Part shown: in pieces, positions 25,860-37,881 of the stretch
How positions within the stretch are numbered: position 1 is the first letter of the stretch
Layout: each line of letters starts with the position of its first letter
From: Scenedesmus sp. PABB004
Taxonomy: Eukaryota
Assembly (NCBI GenBank): GCA_014905635.1
Contig: JABVCE010000007.1
Coordinates: 1,364,001 to 1,428,000, forward strand
DNA length: 64,000 bases
Direction: 5' to 3'
Program-made: the position numbers and the translations under genes
The notes under the pieces: model-generated
Database searches by the model: none
What the model saw: the letters and a program-made list of their open reading frames with translations, nothing else
Told to the model about the DNA's origin: nothing

Positions 25860-28800
25860 CGCGCGTGTCCGGCGGCGCGCCCCGCCGCGAGGCTCAGCGC
25901 TCACACGCCAGCACGCGCCCACACGCCCACACCCACCCGCCCATACGGTGCCCCCGCACACCCACAAACAGCCGCGCGCGCTCACCGTCGAAGTTCACGT
26001 AGTCTTCCATGCACGCCGCGAGGCGCGCCTTGGTGCCGGTGGCGGCGTAGTCAAACGCCATGCACCCGCCCAGCCCCAGCACGCGCACGAGCGACCCCGA
26101 CCGCATCTGGTCGGCCGTCGCAAAGTGGCTGAGCGCGCCGAGCTGGAACGACAGCGGCGCCGACCCGTCGTCGTCTGGCGCGGCGGCGCGCGGCGGCGGG
26201 GGCGGCGGGCGGCGGCCGGTGTGAGCGCACGGGCGGGCCTGGGGCGTGGCAGCGCCGAGCGGGGCCGCGCCCACGCGGGCGCCGCGCTGCGCTCCCTCCC
26301 GCGCTGCAGCGCTGCCCCACCCTTGTTGATGAGCCGCCACTCGAGCTTGACCTGCACCGGCTCCTCCGGCGGGTCGTAGATCTCGCGCGGCAGCTCCTCC
26401 TCCTCGCCCTCGCCCTCGCCGTCGCCGTCGGCGTCGGCGCCGGTGCCGCCGGCGCGGCGCTTGCGCGGCGCCTTGGCGGGCACGCCGGGCTCGCCGCCGA
26501 GCGCCTCGGGCGGCGCGTCGGGCAGCTCGTCGGCGGCGCCGCCGTCGGCGCCGTCGGGCCCGTCGGCCTCGTCGTCGTCGCCGTCCTCCACCACGTTGCC
26601 GTCCTCGTCGGTGTACAGCTGGTACTCGTTATAACTCGTCACGCCGGCGCGGCGCGGCGGCGGGCCGACGCCGGCGTCGGCCGCCTCGGCGCGCGCCGCG
26701 GCGGCCGCGAGCGCGGCGGCCGCCTCCTCGTCGCCGTCGTCGACCGCCTCCAGGAAGGCCTCGTGCTCCGGCCTGTGGCCCCCGGCGGCGGCGGCGGCGG
26801 CGCGCGTGGGGCGGCGCGGCCGCGGGGCGCGCGCGGCGGGTCCGTGCGCGCCATGCCCGCCCCGGCGCACGCGCGCCGCACCGCCAGGGCCGGTCGGAGC
26901 CGACCCAGGCGTGCAGGCCGCGCGGCAGGCCCTCCTTGGGGTCGGGGAAGTCGTCGCTCTCCATAAGGCTGATCTGTGGGTGCGTGGAGGGTGTGCGAGG
27001 GAGGCGGGGTGCGTGAGGAGGGGAGCGGGCGCGCGCCCGGGGTGCGCGCCGCCGCCCGGCCCGCCGCGCCGCTGCGCCGCCCCGGCCGCCCCGCCGCCGC
27101 CGCCGCCGCCGCCGCGCCTTGTAGTAGAGCTCGAAGCGGTGCGGCCACACCGCGCGCGTCTCCTCGCTGTCGGTGAGGCGCAGGATGACGTAAGGCGCGG
27201 GGTCGCCGATCACGCCGTAGCCAAGCTCCACGCCACCCTCCTCGCCCTCCTCGCCCTCCGCCGCCGCCGCTGCCCGCCGCTGCTGCTGCTGCGCCGCCGC
27301 CGCCGCCGCGGCGCCGTCGTCCTCGTCGCTGCTGCTGCCGCCGCGCTCTGCCGCGGCGGCGGCCGCGTCGGCCGCCGCCGCCTCGGCCGCGGCCGTCGCC
27401 GCGTCAGCCGCGGCCGCCTCCGCCGCGGCCTCGGCCTCCTTCTCCGCCGCGGAGCGCTTGCCCCGCCGCTTCTTGGGCGCCGGCTCCTCGCCCTCGTCCT
27501 CGAGCCCGCGGCGCCGCAGCTCTGCGAAGGCGGGCGCGGCGGCGGGCGCGGCGAGCGCACTGGGCTGCGGCGGCGACGGGGACGCCCGCGTGCCCGCCGG
27601 CGGCGGGCCGCCACGGCGCGGGAGCCGCCGCGCGCCGCGCACCCTCCGTGAGCGCCTCTGCCTCCGCCCAGCCCTCGTCCTCGTCGATGATGCCCAGCGG
27701 CCGCGGCGCGGTCGCGGCGCCCGTGACGGGGTCGAGTGCCAGCGCGGCGCTGCCGTCCGCCAAGTCCTCGCGCGACACCAGGGTGTTGGTGAACTCGCAG
27801 CCCAGGTCCTGCCGGCAGCGCGGCGGCGGCGAGGGCTGTGGGCCGAGCCTGGCGGGGCGGCGCGGGCGCCGTCCGGCGCGCGCCACGGCGCGGCGCGGCG
27901 CGGCGCGCTCACCGCGGCGACCACCTCCCACTCCAGCGCGCCGGCAAAGCCGTTGAACGGCAGCGGCCCGTCGCGCCACTGCGGGAAGGCCAGCGGTATG
28001 CCCGAGCTGCGGCGGCGGCGGTGGCGCGGCGGGGTCGGGCCGCGCGGGCGGTCAAGCGACGGGCAGGCGGGCGGCCCCTGGCCCCTCACGGCGCCGCGGC
28101 GCCGGGCAGCGCGCCGCTGCTGCCGCGCACTTGATGGGCACGCCGCGCTCGAACGCCGCGTCGGACCGCGTGTGCAGCAGGTCGCGGCCGTCCTCCTTCA
28201 GCCAGCGCGTGACCGTGGCGCCCTGCGACGGCCGACGGGCGGGCGGGCCCGTCGGCGCCGGGCGCGCCCGCCGCACGCGCGCGCGCGCGCCCGCCGGCGC
28301 TGTGGCCCTGCGGCGGCGCTCGGCTCGCTGCGCGGGGGGGGGGGGGGGGCTCGCCTGCAGGTGGACCTCGAGCGTGTGGCCGCAGGGGTGCATGAGGTAC
28401 ACCGCGGGCAGGCCGCCGCGGGCGGTGTAAAACTCGATAAACCCCTCGATGCCAAACTCCTCATTCAGCTCCCGCACCTGCCTGCAGGGGCGGGGCGCGC
28501 GCGGCGGCGTGGGCCCCGGCGGCGGCGGGCCGGGCGGAGGCGGGCGCGGCGGCGGCGCGGCGGGCGCGGCGGGCGCGGCGGGCGCGGCGGGCGCGCTCAC
28601 TTGCTCCGGCTGCGCTCTGCCAGCAGCGGCCAGGTGCCCACCGCTGCTGCGGCGGCCACGTGTGCCGTCCGGCCGGCGGCGCCGCCGCTGCCGCGCGGCA
28701 GCCGCTGCGGCGGCCGCGCGGCCGCCGGCCTGCTGCCGCCGCGTGGCGCCGCCGCGCCTGCGGCTGCCGTCCGGGCCAGGCGTCGGCCTGTGGAAGTGGG

Positions 28801-28956
28801 AGGGCCAGGGAGTGAGTGAGTGGCCGGCCCCGTGGCCAGGGCGCGCGCGCCGCGCCGCGCGCCCGCCGCCGGCGCACCGCGCCGCTGCTGCGCCGCCGGC
28901 GCCGCCCGCGCCGCGCTGCCGGGCCGCAGCCGCTGCTGCGCCCGCGCCGGCAGCAT
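25253..28956 (-). CDS. Aldose 1-epimerase / glucose-6-phosphate 1-epimerase superfamily protein with long acidic insertions, probably organelle-targeted and non-catalytic
   Basis: Arg/Ala-rich presequence, then LNEEFGIEGFIEF..RGGLPAVYL.HPCG..LEVHLQGATVTRW...DLL, GIPLAFPQW, WPHRFELYYKISL, LEWRLINK, VLWHPG and LPPGETWKGEFVI. Confidence 0.82.
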
Positions 28957-29350
28957 GGCGGGCCCGATCGGGGCCTCCGCGGCCGCAGCTGCTGGCCCGG
29001 GCCGGCGGGCTGTGCGGCGCGCGCCGCGTCTGGGGGTGTCGCTGGGGCGGTGGATGGACGGTGCTGTTCCACAGCGTTGAGAATGTGTGGCGCAACCAAC
29101 TGAGCCGCGGCAGCGCGCCGCCGCGAGGCGCCTGGCGCCGGCAGGCTGCCGGCGGCAGCCAAAACCTGTTTCGAGCCGCGCTCCTGGCCAGTTTGCCGCG
29201 CCGCCCGCCCAGCGCTCGCGCCACTCCGTCAATCGGCCTGCGAGACACGACCGGTATTCACCGCCGCGGCAGCCAGCCAAGCCCCCGCCAGCCGCTGCGC
29301 GCGAGCCGCCGCTGCCGCGCCGCCGCCGCTGCGCTGCCGCCGGCGCGACG

Positions 29351-30384
29351 ATGGACGTGCCGCCCGAGGCGCTGGCGCAGCTGGAGGCCGTCAAGGTGCG
29401 TGTGACGCCTGAGCAGCGGCGCGCCCCGGCGCGCGCTGGCGGGCGCCGCGCAGCAGCCGCCGCGCTGCTCGCGACGGCCGCCGCTGCTCGGCGCGCTGCA
29501 GTGCGCCCTGGACGACCTGGAGACCCACATGACGCCCTTTCTGGAGGCGGCGCCGCGCGACCTCGTCGCCCAGGTGCGGCGGCGGGGCGTGCGCCGCTGC
29601 GCGCGGAGGCGCGAGCGCCGTCGCCGCCCCTGACGCCACGGCCGCCGACGCCCGCTCGCCCGCCCGCCCGCCCGGCTGCGCAGCTGACGCCGCAGGAGCG
29701 CGTGCGTGCGCACCTCGCGCTGGCGCAGGCGGTGATGGTGCTGTTCCAGCTGCACCGCCGCCTCGACGGCGCCGCGCTCGGCGAGGCGCACCCCGCGCAC
29801 AAGGAGCTGGTGCGGCGGCGGCCGCCGCCGCGGCCGCGGCGTGGCGCCGTGGCCCTGCCGCCACCGTGGCTCACGCGCGCGCCGCGCTGCTGGCGCTGCC
29901 GCAGGAGCGGCTGGCGGCGTACGAGCGCAAGGCCAAGAAGGCGCTCACCGCCGACGACCTCGCGCGCACGCGGCCCGGCGCGTCGCTCAACGTGGCGGCC
30001 GCCAACCGTTTCATCGACGCCGCCATCCCCGACCTCACGCCGGAGCAAAAGGCGGCGCTGCGCAGCATGGCGCAGCGCGTGCAGGAGCAGGCGGGCGAGC
30101 GGCAGCAGGGGCAGCAGGGGCAGCAGCAGCAGGAGCAGCCAGCGGCGCCGACGGCCGGCGGCGGCAAGCGCAAGCAGGCGGAGGGCGAGCCGGGCGGCAG
30201 CGGCAGCGACGACGCGTCGTCGGACGGGGGCGGCGGCCCCGTGCTGGCGGGCCAGCAGCAGCGGCGCGTGCAGAAGCGGCAGCGGCAGCGGCAGCGGCCC
30301 GCAGTGGCGGCGGGCGCGGCGCCGGACGAGGCAGCCGGCTTCCTGGCGGAGGTGCTCGCTGATGCTGGGGGCGAGGGGCCGTGA
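29351..30384 (+). CDS. C1D: C1D/Rrp47 nuclear exosome cofactor (Sas10/Utp3/C1D family), 4 exons
   Basis: LTPQERVRAHLALAQAVMVLF..RLDG....HPAHKELERLAAYERK...LNVAAANRFIDAAIPDL, followed by a basic NLS-like tail. Confidence 0.85.
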
Positions 30385-30595
30385 CGGCGCGGGCGTGTGT
30401 GCGGCGGTGCGACGGCGCGCGCAGCTGCCGGAGAGGCAGCGCGCGACGCCGCTCGGGCCGGGGCAAAACGCGCGTCACTCGGGCCGCCGCTCCCCGCGCC
30501 GCGTCGCGCGCACGCGCGCACCCGCCCGCGCTTCTTCCCGCGCCCGCGCTCGCTCGGCCCTCCGCTCTCGGCTCGGCTCACGTGCGCGCGCTCGC

Positions 30596-31486
30596 TCACT
30601 TGAGTGAGTTGTAGAACAGGATGAGCACCGTGGCAGTCACGATGAGCACGGGGATGGCGCTGATGCCGTAGAGCGTGCTGAAGCCCACCCAGTCCGGGAG
30701 CATGTCGGCGAGGCCCTGCGGCTGCTCGCCCTGCGGCGGCGGCGGCGGCGGCGGCGGCTCGCAGGCGGCGCGCGGCGCGCAGGCGGCCAGGGGAAGCCCG
30801 GGGGCGCGGCCGCGGCCGCGGCCGCGCAGCGGTGCGCGCCTTGCGCAGGTCTCCGCCCATGACGTACGGCCGCACGATGCCCGTGGCTGCGGCGCGGCGC
30901 GCGCGCGGTCAGCCGGCCGGCCGGCCAGACGCGCCGGCGGGGCGGGCCCGGCACTCGCCGGCTCACCGGCGGGGCCGGCAGGCCCCGGTCGACTGACCAG
31001 CCCCCCGGCGCCCGCGGGGCGTCACTCACCGTCGTCCACGATTGCCTCGGGCTGCCCGCTGCTGCTCACGGCGATCGGGCCGCCGCTGCCCTCGGCGGCG
31101 GCCGCCGACGTGTCGTCGTCCAGGAACGGCCACGACTGCGCCCCGGCGGCGGCGGCGGGCGGGCGGGCGGGCGGGTGGGCGGGTGGGTGGGCGGCGCCGC
31201 TGCCGGGCGCTGCCGCAGCCGCCACCGCCGCCGCCGCCACCGTGGCTGCTGTGTGGGCGCGCGGGCGGGCACCTGCATGTCCTCGACGAGGCACTTGAGC
31301 GCGAGGCGGTCGCGCGGCACGCGGCCCTCCGCGACGTCCAGCAGCGCGGCGGCCATCTCGTCGCGCGACACGCCGCGCTCGTCCTGCGGCGCGGCGCGGC
31401 GCGAGGCTCGGCCCGCCGCCGCCGCCTTGCAACACGCTCTCGCCCTCGCCCCCGCCCGCGCCCGCGCCCTCGCCCCCCTCCCACCC

Positions 31487-31537
<51 letters not shown>

Positions 31538-32317
31538 CCACAAACCGCGCACCTCGATTCCGAGCTGGCGGCGCTCGCGCGTGCGCGGGTCCTCGATGCC
31601 CACGATCAGCCGCGCCTCGTTCACGCTCATGTCGCGCCGCGCCTTGAGCGTGCGCAGCATGCGCACCACCTCGCGGCACAGCGCCTTGGCGTTCTGCGCG
31701 CGCGTGGATTGTGCGGGCGTGTGCGAGTTGTGTGGAGTGCGCGTGCGTGTGGGCGCGGGCCGGCGGCGCCGCGCGCGCTGCGCTGGCGGCGGCGTGCGCA
31801 CCTCCTCGTCCACCACGTCGGCGCCGATGACCTCGGCGGGGTCCTTGGTGCGCGCAAACGCGGCTGCGGCGCGGCGCGGCACGGGCTGCGGCGTCGGCTC
31901 GAGCCGGGAGCACGCCCGCGCCCTCGCCCGCGCCCGCGCCTGCCGCGCGCCGCGCGCCGCACCCCCGCTCTCCAGCTCCGCTTGCCGCTTCATGAACGCC
32001 TCCACCTGGTCCTCCAGCTGCACCGCCGGCACGGCGCCCGTCTCCTCCGCGGCGGCGCGCCTGCGAGGGCAGCGGCAGCGGCGGCGGCCGCGCGGCGCCG
32101 CGGGGGCGTGTGCGCGGGGCGAGCGTGCGTGGGCTGTGGGTCAGGGCGCGCCTCCACCCGCACGCCGCAATTGGGGCGCCCTGGCGCCCCCCGCGCACCG
32201 CTGGAGGCGACGCAGCGGTGATGGCCGTGCGCCCGGCCGCGCCAGCGCCGCTGCGCCGGCGCGCGCGCGCCGGGCCGGCGCCCGCGGCGCCAACGCGCCG
32301 CGCTGCTGCGCCAGCAT
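30596..32317 (-). CDS. Y3IP1: Ycf3-interacting protein 1 (photosystem I assembly factor, CGL59)
   Basis: Transit-peptide-like start; LKARRDMSVNEARLIVGIEDPRTRERRQLGIED...SRDEMAAALLDVAEGRVPRDRLAL..L.EDMQSWPFL; C-terminal TM GFSTLYGISAIPVLIVTATVLILFYNSLK*. Confidence 0.9.
31488..31531. repeat. (CA)n microsatellite in a Y3IP1 intron
   Basis: Uninterrupted CA run visible in the sequence. Confidence 0.95.
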
Positions 32318-32761
32318 GGCGTCCCTGGACGCGAGATCACGCCCAGCGGGCGCTCCGAAGGCGTGCGGGTGACAGCGACGTGCGGGGACCCTCTTAGCTC
32401 GGGCAGGGACTGCCTGGCCCGCGCGGGGCAGCGGGCGTGGCGAGGAGCCGCAGCAGCAGTCGAGCAAGTTGTCACGTCGCCACACACGGCCTACGCGCGT
32501 CCGGAGCGTCGCGGCAGTCACGTCCGTCGCAGGCCAGGCCCACCCGCCCTCCCAGGCCCGTCCAGGCGCCGCTGCTGCAGCAGGCCATCACAAGGGGCTG
32601 CCTGCTGCGCCAGGCTCGGCTCTGCGCGCCACGCGGCCCCGCCTACGCACCCGCACCACCGCCGGCTAGACACCGGGAGTGCTGGCGAGCGGCAGCCCCC
32701 ACCCCTCGCGCCGGCGGCGGCGCGGCAGCAGCGTCGTGCGGGCCAGCGGGCCTCACGCAGC

Positions 32762-34170
32762 ATGTGGGAGGACCTGCGCAAGGAGGTGCGCGCTGCGGCG
32801 GTGCCGGGGCGCCTCCCCGCGCCTCCGGGCGCGCCGCACCGAGGCGGACGGCCGCCGCAGCGGGGGCGCGGCGCGCCTGCGCTCGCGTCGGTTCGCGCAA
32901 CCGCCGCCGGCGCGCCCTGCGCGCAGGCGCGCAAGCTGGAGGGCCAGCTGGACGTGAAGCTCGCCGGCTACGCCAAGCTGTGCTCGGGCTTCGAGGCCGG
33001 CGGCAAGGGCGGCGGCGCGGCGGCGGAGCAGGTGCGGCGCCCCGCAGCGCGCGCCGCAGCCTGAGCGGTCCGGCCCGCGCAGCCTCGGCGCCCGGTGCCC
33101 AAGCCGCGCCCCACGCGCCCCACACGCGCGCGTGCGCGCGGCCGCCGCAGCTGTCCAAGCAGAAGGCGGCGGAGATTGAGGCGCTGCTGCAGCGGCTGGG
33201 CGACGTCAACCACGACATGGGCGGCGCGATCGCGGGCGCGTCCGACAGCCGCAGCCACACGCTCGCGCGGCACCGCGACATCCTGCAGGACCTCACGCAG
33301 GCGCGCCGCCGCGCGCGGCGCGCTGAGCAGCGGGCGGCGGCGCCGCGGGGCTGCTCGGCGGCAGCTGCCGCGCGGCGGCGGCGGCGGCGGCGGGCCCAGG
33401 CCCCTGCCCCGTGTGCGCGCAGGAGTTTCGGCGCCTGGACCACCAGCTGGGCGCCGCGCGCGACCGCGCGGAGCTGCTGGCGGGCGGGGCGGAGCTGCCG
33501 CTGCTCAGCGTGCAGGCGCGGCGGCGCGCGGCCACGCGCTGCGGGCGCGCTCGCTGTGCCCGCCGGGGGCACGGCGCATGCCGCTGGCAGCCCTCTTTAG
33601 GTTCCTCAACCCGCCCGCTGCTGCTGCCGCAGGTGACGTCCAGCAGCGGCACGGGCGCGCTGCTGCGGGAGCGCGCCACGCTCACCACGTCGACCAACTA
33701 CGTGAGCGGCGGCGGCGGGGGTCACCGCCGCAGGCCGCGGCGCAGCCGCCCGCGGCAGCACGCGCCCGCCCGCGTGCGCCGCCGCCGCCCGCCGACCCCG
33801 CCCGCCTGCCCCCGCCGGCCCCGCGCCCCGCCGCGCAGGTCGACGACATGCTGGCGCAGGCGCAGTCGGTGTCGCGCAGCCTGCTGGAGCAGCGGCGCAT
33901 CTTTGGCGGCGTGCAGGACAAGCTCGTGACCGTCGGCGAGCGGTTCCCGGCCATCAACGGCCTGCTGAACGCCATCCGGCGCAAGAAGAGCAAGGTCGGC
34001 ACCGCGGCGGGGCCGTGCGGGGCGGCGGCGGGCGGCGGGGCCTGGCGGGGCGGGGGGCGAGCGGCCGCCGACGGCGGCCGCGGCCGCGGCGCGCGCAGGA
34101 CACGCTGGTGCTGTCGGGCGTCATCGCGACGTGCATCGTGTTCACGCTCGTCTACATCTTTGCGCGCTGA
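32762..34170 (+). CDS. GOS1: Golgi Qb-SNARE GOS1/GOS28 (7 exons)
   Basis: MWEDLRKEARKLEGQLDVKL..YAKL, HTLARHRDILQDLTQEFRR, LLRER, RFPAINGLLNAIRRKKSKDTLVLSGVIA.C, and a C-terminal TM anchor. Confidence 0.95.
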
Positions 34171-34448
34171 CGCGGCGGAGCATCCGCCGCGGCGGCGCGC
34201 GGCGAGGCGCGGGCGGCGACCAACCGCGGCGGCCACTGAACCGCCGCAAACCGCCGCCGCCCGCGGAGGATGCGCGGCAGCTTGCAGCGCCTGCAGCGGC
34301 ACGGCCCCACAGCAGCCCCCGTCCCAAACACCCGTACCGAGTTGCAGCCCTCACAACCGCGCAGCAAGCGGCGGCAGCGGCGGCAGCAGCTTCAAAACGC
34401 GCCGCGCGCCCGCACCCGCGCCGCCGCCCGGCGCGCCGCGGGCGCGCC

Positions 34449-36438
34449 ATGAGCGGCAAGGCGGGCAGCAAGCGCGATGGCGGGGCCGCGCTCGTGGCGC
34501 AGCAGGCCAAGAAGATCAAGAGCATCGACGTGCGCGGCGGCGCCGCTGTCGCCGCCGCCGCCGGCCGCCCGGGGCCGCGCTCAGCGCCCCCGCCCCGCGC
34601 GCAGGATGTGCTGCGGCTGGTGAAGAAGCTGTCGGAGGCGAGCAAGCGGGAGACGGGCGCCGAGAAGTGAGGGCGCGGGGCGGCAGTGGGCGCGGCGCTG
34701 CCGCCGCGCCGCGCTCGCCCGCCCACGCGCGGCGCCCGCCGCAGGAGCCTGGCGGAGCTGAACATCCCCCACGACGTCAGGGAGGTGCGGTCGCCTGCGA
34801 CGGCGCCGCGCCGCGAGTTGCAGTGCCGGCGGCGCCGCGTGCGCGGGGCCCGGGCGGCCACGCGGCGGCGCCGTTTCGATCGCCCCGGCGGCGCTTCCCA
34901 GCTGCTGCTGCTCCCCGCCCGCCGCGTGTGCAGGTGGTGGACAAGGACGCCGACGCGGTGCTGGACGAGATTGAGGCGGCGATGCTCGAGGTCGCAACCA
35001 CCATCCTCGCGGGCCACGGCTTCAGGCGCGCGCGGGGCTCGCTCACTCACTCACTCACTCACTCACTCACTCACTCACTCACTCACTCACTCACTCACTC
35101 ACTCGCCCCCCGCGCCGCGTGCCGCGCGGCTCGGCCGACCCGCGCAGCCGACCCGCGCCGCGCCGCGCGCGTGCCGACCCGCGCCGCGCGCGTGCTGACC
35201 CGCGCCGCGCCGCGCGCGTGCTGACCCGCGCCAACGCCGCGCGCCGCGCGCAGCTTTGACGTCCCCTCGCGCGCCAAGGGCAACCAGCTGTACGTCCCCG
35301 AGCTCGACCGCATCGTGCTCAAGGACAGCGCCGCGAAGCGCTCGTTCGCGTCGACGCAGCAGTGCCGCAAGACGACCGTCACCGCGCGCATCCTGGGGCT
35401 CGTGCACGAGCTCTGCCTCAAGCACATCAACGTCACCAAGCGCGACCTCTTCTACACAGACGTCAAGCTCTTCGAGGCAAGCGGCGCGCGCCGTGTGGCG
35501 CGCCGCGCGGCGCAGCGCGGCTTGCCCGTGCGCGGCGAGGCGGCGAGGCGGCGAGGCAGGGCGGCGGCGGCGCGGCCCCTGACGTGCTCGCCGCGCCGCG
35601 CCGCGCGCGCGCAGGACCAGACCCAGTCGGACGCCGTGCTGGACGACCTCTCCTGCATGCTCGGCTGCACGCGCTCCAGCCTGCACGGTGCGCGCGCCGC
35701 CGCCCGCCCCGCCGCCCCTCCGCCGCGCCGCGCCCACGCTCCGTCGCCGCCGCCGCCTCTGCTGCCGCCGCGCCGCGCAGTCGTGGCGTCGGAGAAGGGC
35801 GTCGTCGTGGGGCGGCTCACGTTCACGGAGGACGGCGACCACATCGACTGCCGCAAGATGGGCGTCGGCGGCAAGGCCATCCCACCCAACATCAGCAAGG
35901 CGCGCCTCGCGCCTTGCGCAGCACGCCTCGCGCCGCCGCACGCGGTCGCCAGCACCTCTCGCGCATCCGCGTCCGCGCTCGCGCGCTCTCACACACACAC
36001 ACACCCGCGCGCCCGCGCGCTCACACGCCCGTCCACGCCGCCGGCGCCGGCGCCGCCGCCGTCCGGCGCAGGTGTCTGGCATCGCGAGCGACGCGCTGTT
36101 CATCCTGCTGGTTGAGAAGGACGCCGCGTTCATGCGCCTCGCGGAGGACCGCTTCTACAACGACTACCCGAGCATCATCATCACCGCAAAGGGGCAGCCA
36201 GACGTCGCGACGCGGTGCGCGCTGTGTGGGTGTGGGTGGGTGGGTGGGTGGGCGAGTGAGTGGGTGTGGGTGTGGGTGTGGGTGTGGGTGTGGGTGTGGG
36301 TGTGGGTGTGGGTGTGTGGGTGTGTGTGTGTGGGTGTGAGCGTGGGCGTGTCGGGGGGAGGCGCGGCGGAGCGAGAGGCCGTCGCGCGGTGCGTGGAAGG
36401 CGCGGCGCGCGCGCCGCTGCCGCGCGCACGTCCCCACC

Positions 36439-36481
<43 letters not shown>

Positions 36482-37243
36482 GCGGCGCGCGGCGCGTGGG
36501 CAGGCTCTTCCTGCGCAAGCTGAAGCTCACGCTGAAGATCCCGGTGCTCGCGCTCGTGGACAGCGACCCGTACGGGCTGAAGATCCTCAGCGTCTACATG
36601 AAGGGCAGCATGAACATGAGCTACGACAGCAGCAACCTCACCACGCCAGACATCAAGTGCGCGCCGCCGCGCCGCGAGCCGCCGGCGCGGGCCGCCGCCG
36701 GCGCCGCCGGCGGCAGCAGCGCGGCGGCGGCGCGCGGGGCGGGGCTGGCTGGGCGCGGCGGCGGCGCGAGGGGCAGGGCTGGGCCCGGCGCCCGGCGGGC
36801 GCTCGGCTGGCCGACCGCGCGCCGCTGCCGCCGCTGCTGCCGCCGCGGCGCGCGCAGGTGGCTGGGCGTGCGGCCCAGCGACCTCGACCGCTTCAGCATC
36901 CCCGCGCAGTGCCGGCTGGAGATGACGGACGAGGACATCAAGACCGGGCGCAAGCTGGTGCGCCGGCGCGCCCGCCCGCGCGGCGCCGCGCCGCCCGCCC
37001 CGCCCCAAACCCGCCGCGTGCGCTGCGTGCTGACCGCCCACCCCGACTGCCGCTGCTGCGCCGGCGCCGGCGGCGCAGCTGGAGGAGGACTTCATTCGCT
37101 CCAACCCCGAGTGGGTCGCCGAGCTGGAGCTGATGCTCAAGACTCGGGAGAAGGCTGAGATCCAGGCGCTCAGCAGCTTCGGCTTCCAGTACCTCAGCCA
37201 GGTCTACCTCCCGCGCAAGCTGCAGGAGGGCGACTGGATCTGA
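34449..37243 (+). CDS. TOP6A: DNA topoisomerase VI subunit A (SPO11-3/RHL2 clade), about 12 exons
   Basis: [34 protein letters not shown] (catalytic Tyr), [28 protein letters not shown], and [30 protein letters not shown]. Confidence 0.96.
35042..35104. repeat. (TCAC)n microsatellite in a TOP6A intron
   Basis: About 15 tandem TCAC units are visible. Confidence 0.95.
36261..36320. repeat. (GTGTGG)n microsatellite in a TOP6A intron
   Basis: Tandem tgggtg units are visible. Confidence 0.9.
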
Positions 37244-37881
37244 GAGGCGGTGCGGGCTCGGCGGCCAGGCTGTGCTGGAGTCGCGCGCACGCGAAAGTCG
37301 CGGCAGGGGCCACGGCAAAGTCGCGCGGAGGCGTCGCTGCCGCCGGGCGGCGCGCCCGCGCGCGTTTGGACCGCCGCCGGCGCTGCGATACGCGCCGCGG
37401 CGGGCTGATTGATGATGCAACGCAGCAGTTGCCGCGCGCGGGGGCTCGCGGCGCCGCCGCCAGCGGGCGCCGCGCGCGCGCAGCAGCAGCAGCTGCCCGT
37501 TGGGCGGCGCGCGCGGCCGCCGCCGGCCGCGGGGCCCTGCCCGATCGTGCGGCGGTGCCGCGGGGAGGGCTGGGGGGCGGTCTGGGTGCGCGGGGGCTGC
37601 GTGGGGAGCCGGCGCTGCGCTCGCGGCGAAGTCGTGCGACAGCAGCGCGGTTCGGGCGGGCCCCGCGACCGGCCGCTCGCCTCCCGGGCTTCTCCACCGC
37701 CGCCCGGGGGCCGGGCCCGCCATCGCCGCGCCGTCGCCGTCCCTCGCTCGTGCCGCCGGCAACAACACGCCTTACGCCCCCATCACCCCGGCCGCTCTCC
37801 CCGCGCCGGCGCGCCCCGCCCGCCCCCCGCGCGGCGCCCACGCGTAGCCCGGACCGCGAGCGCGCGCCCCCGCCGGCAGCC

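Noticed and set aside
34449..37243. Meiotic SPO11 as evidence of sex
   Set aside because: [14 protein letters not shown] and the C-terminus match the SPO11-3/TOP6A clade, which is not meiosis-specific.
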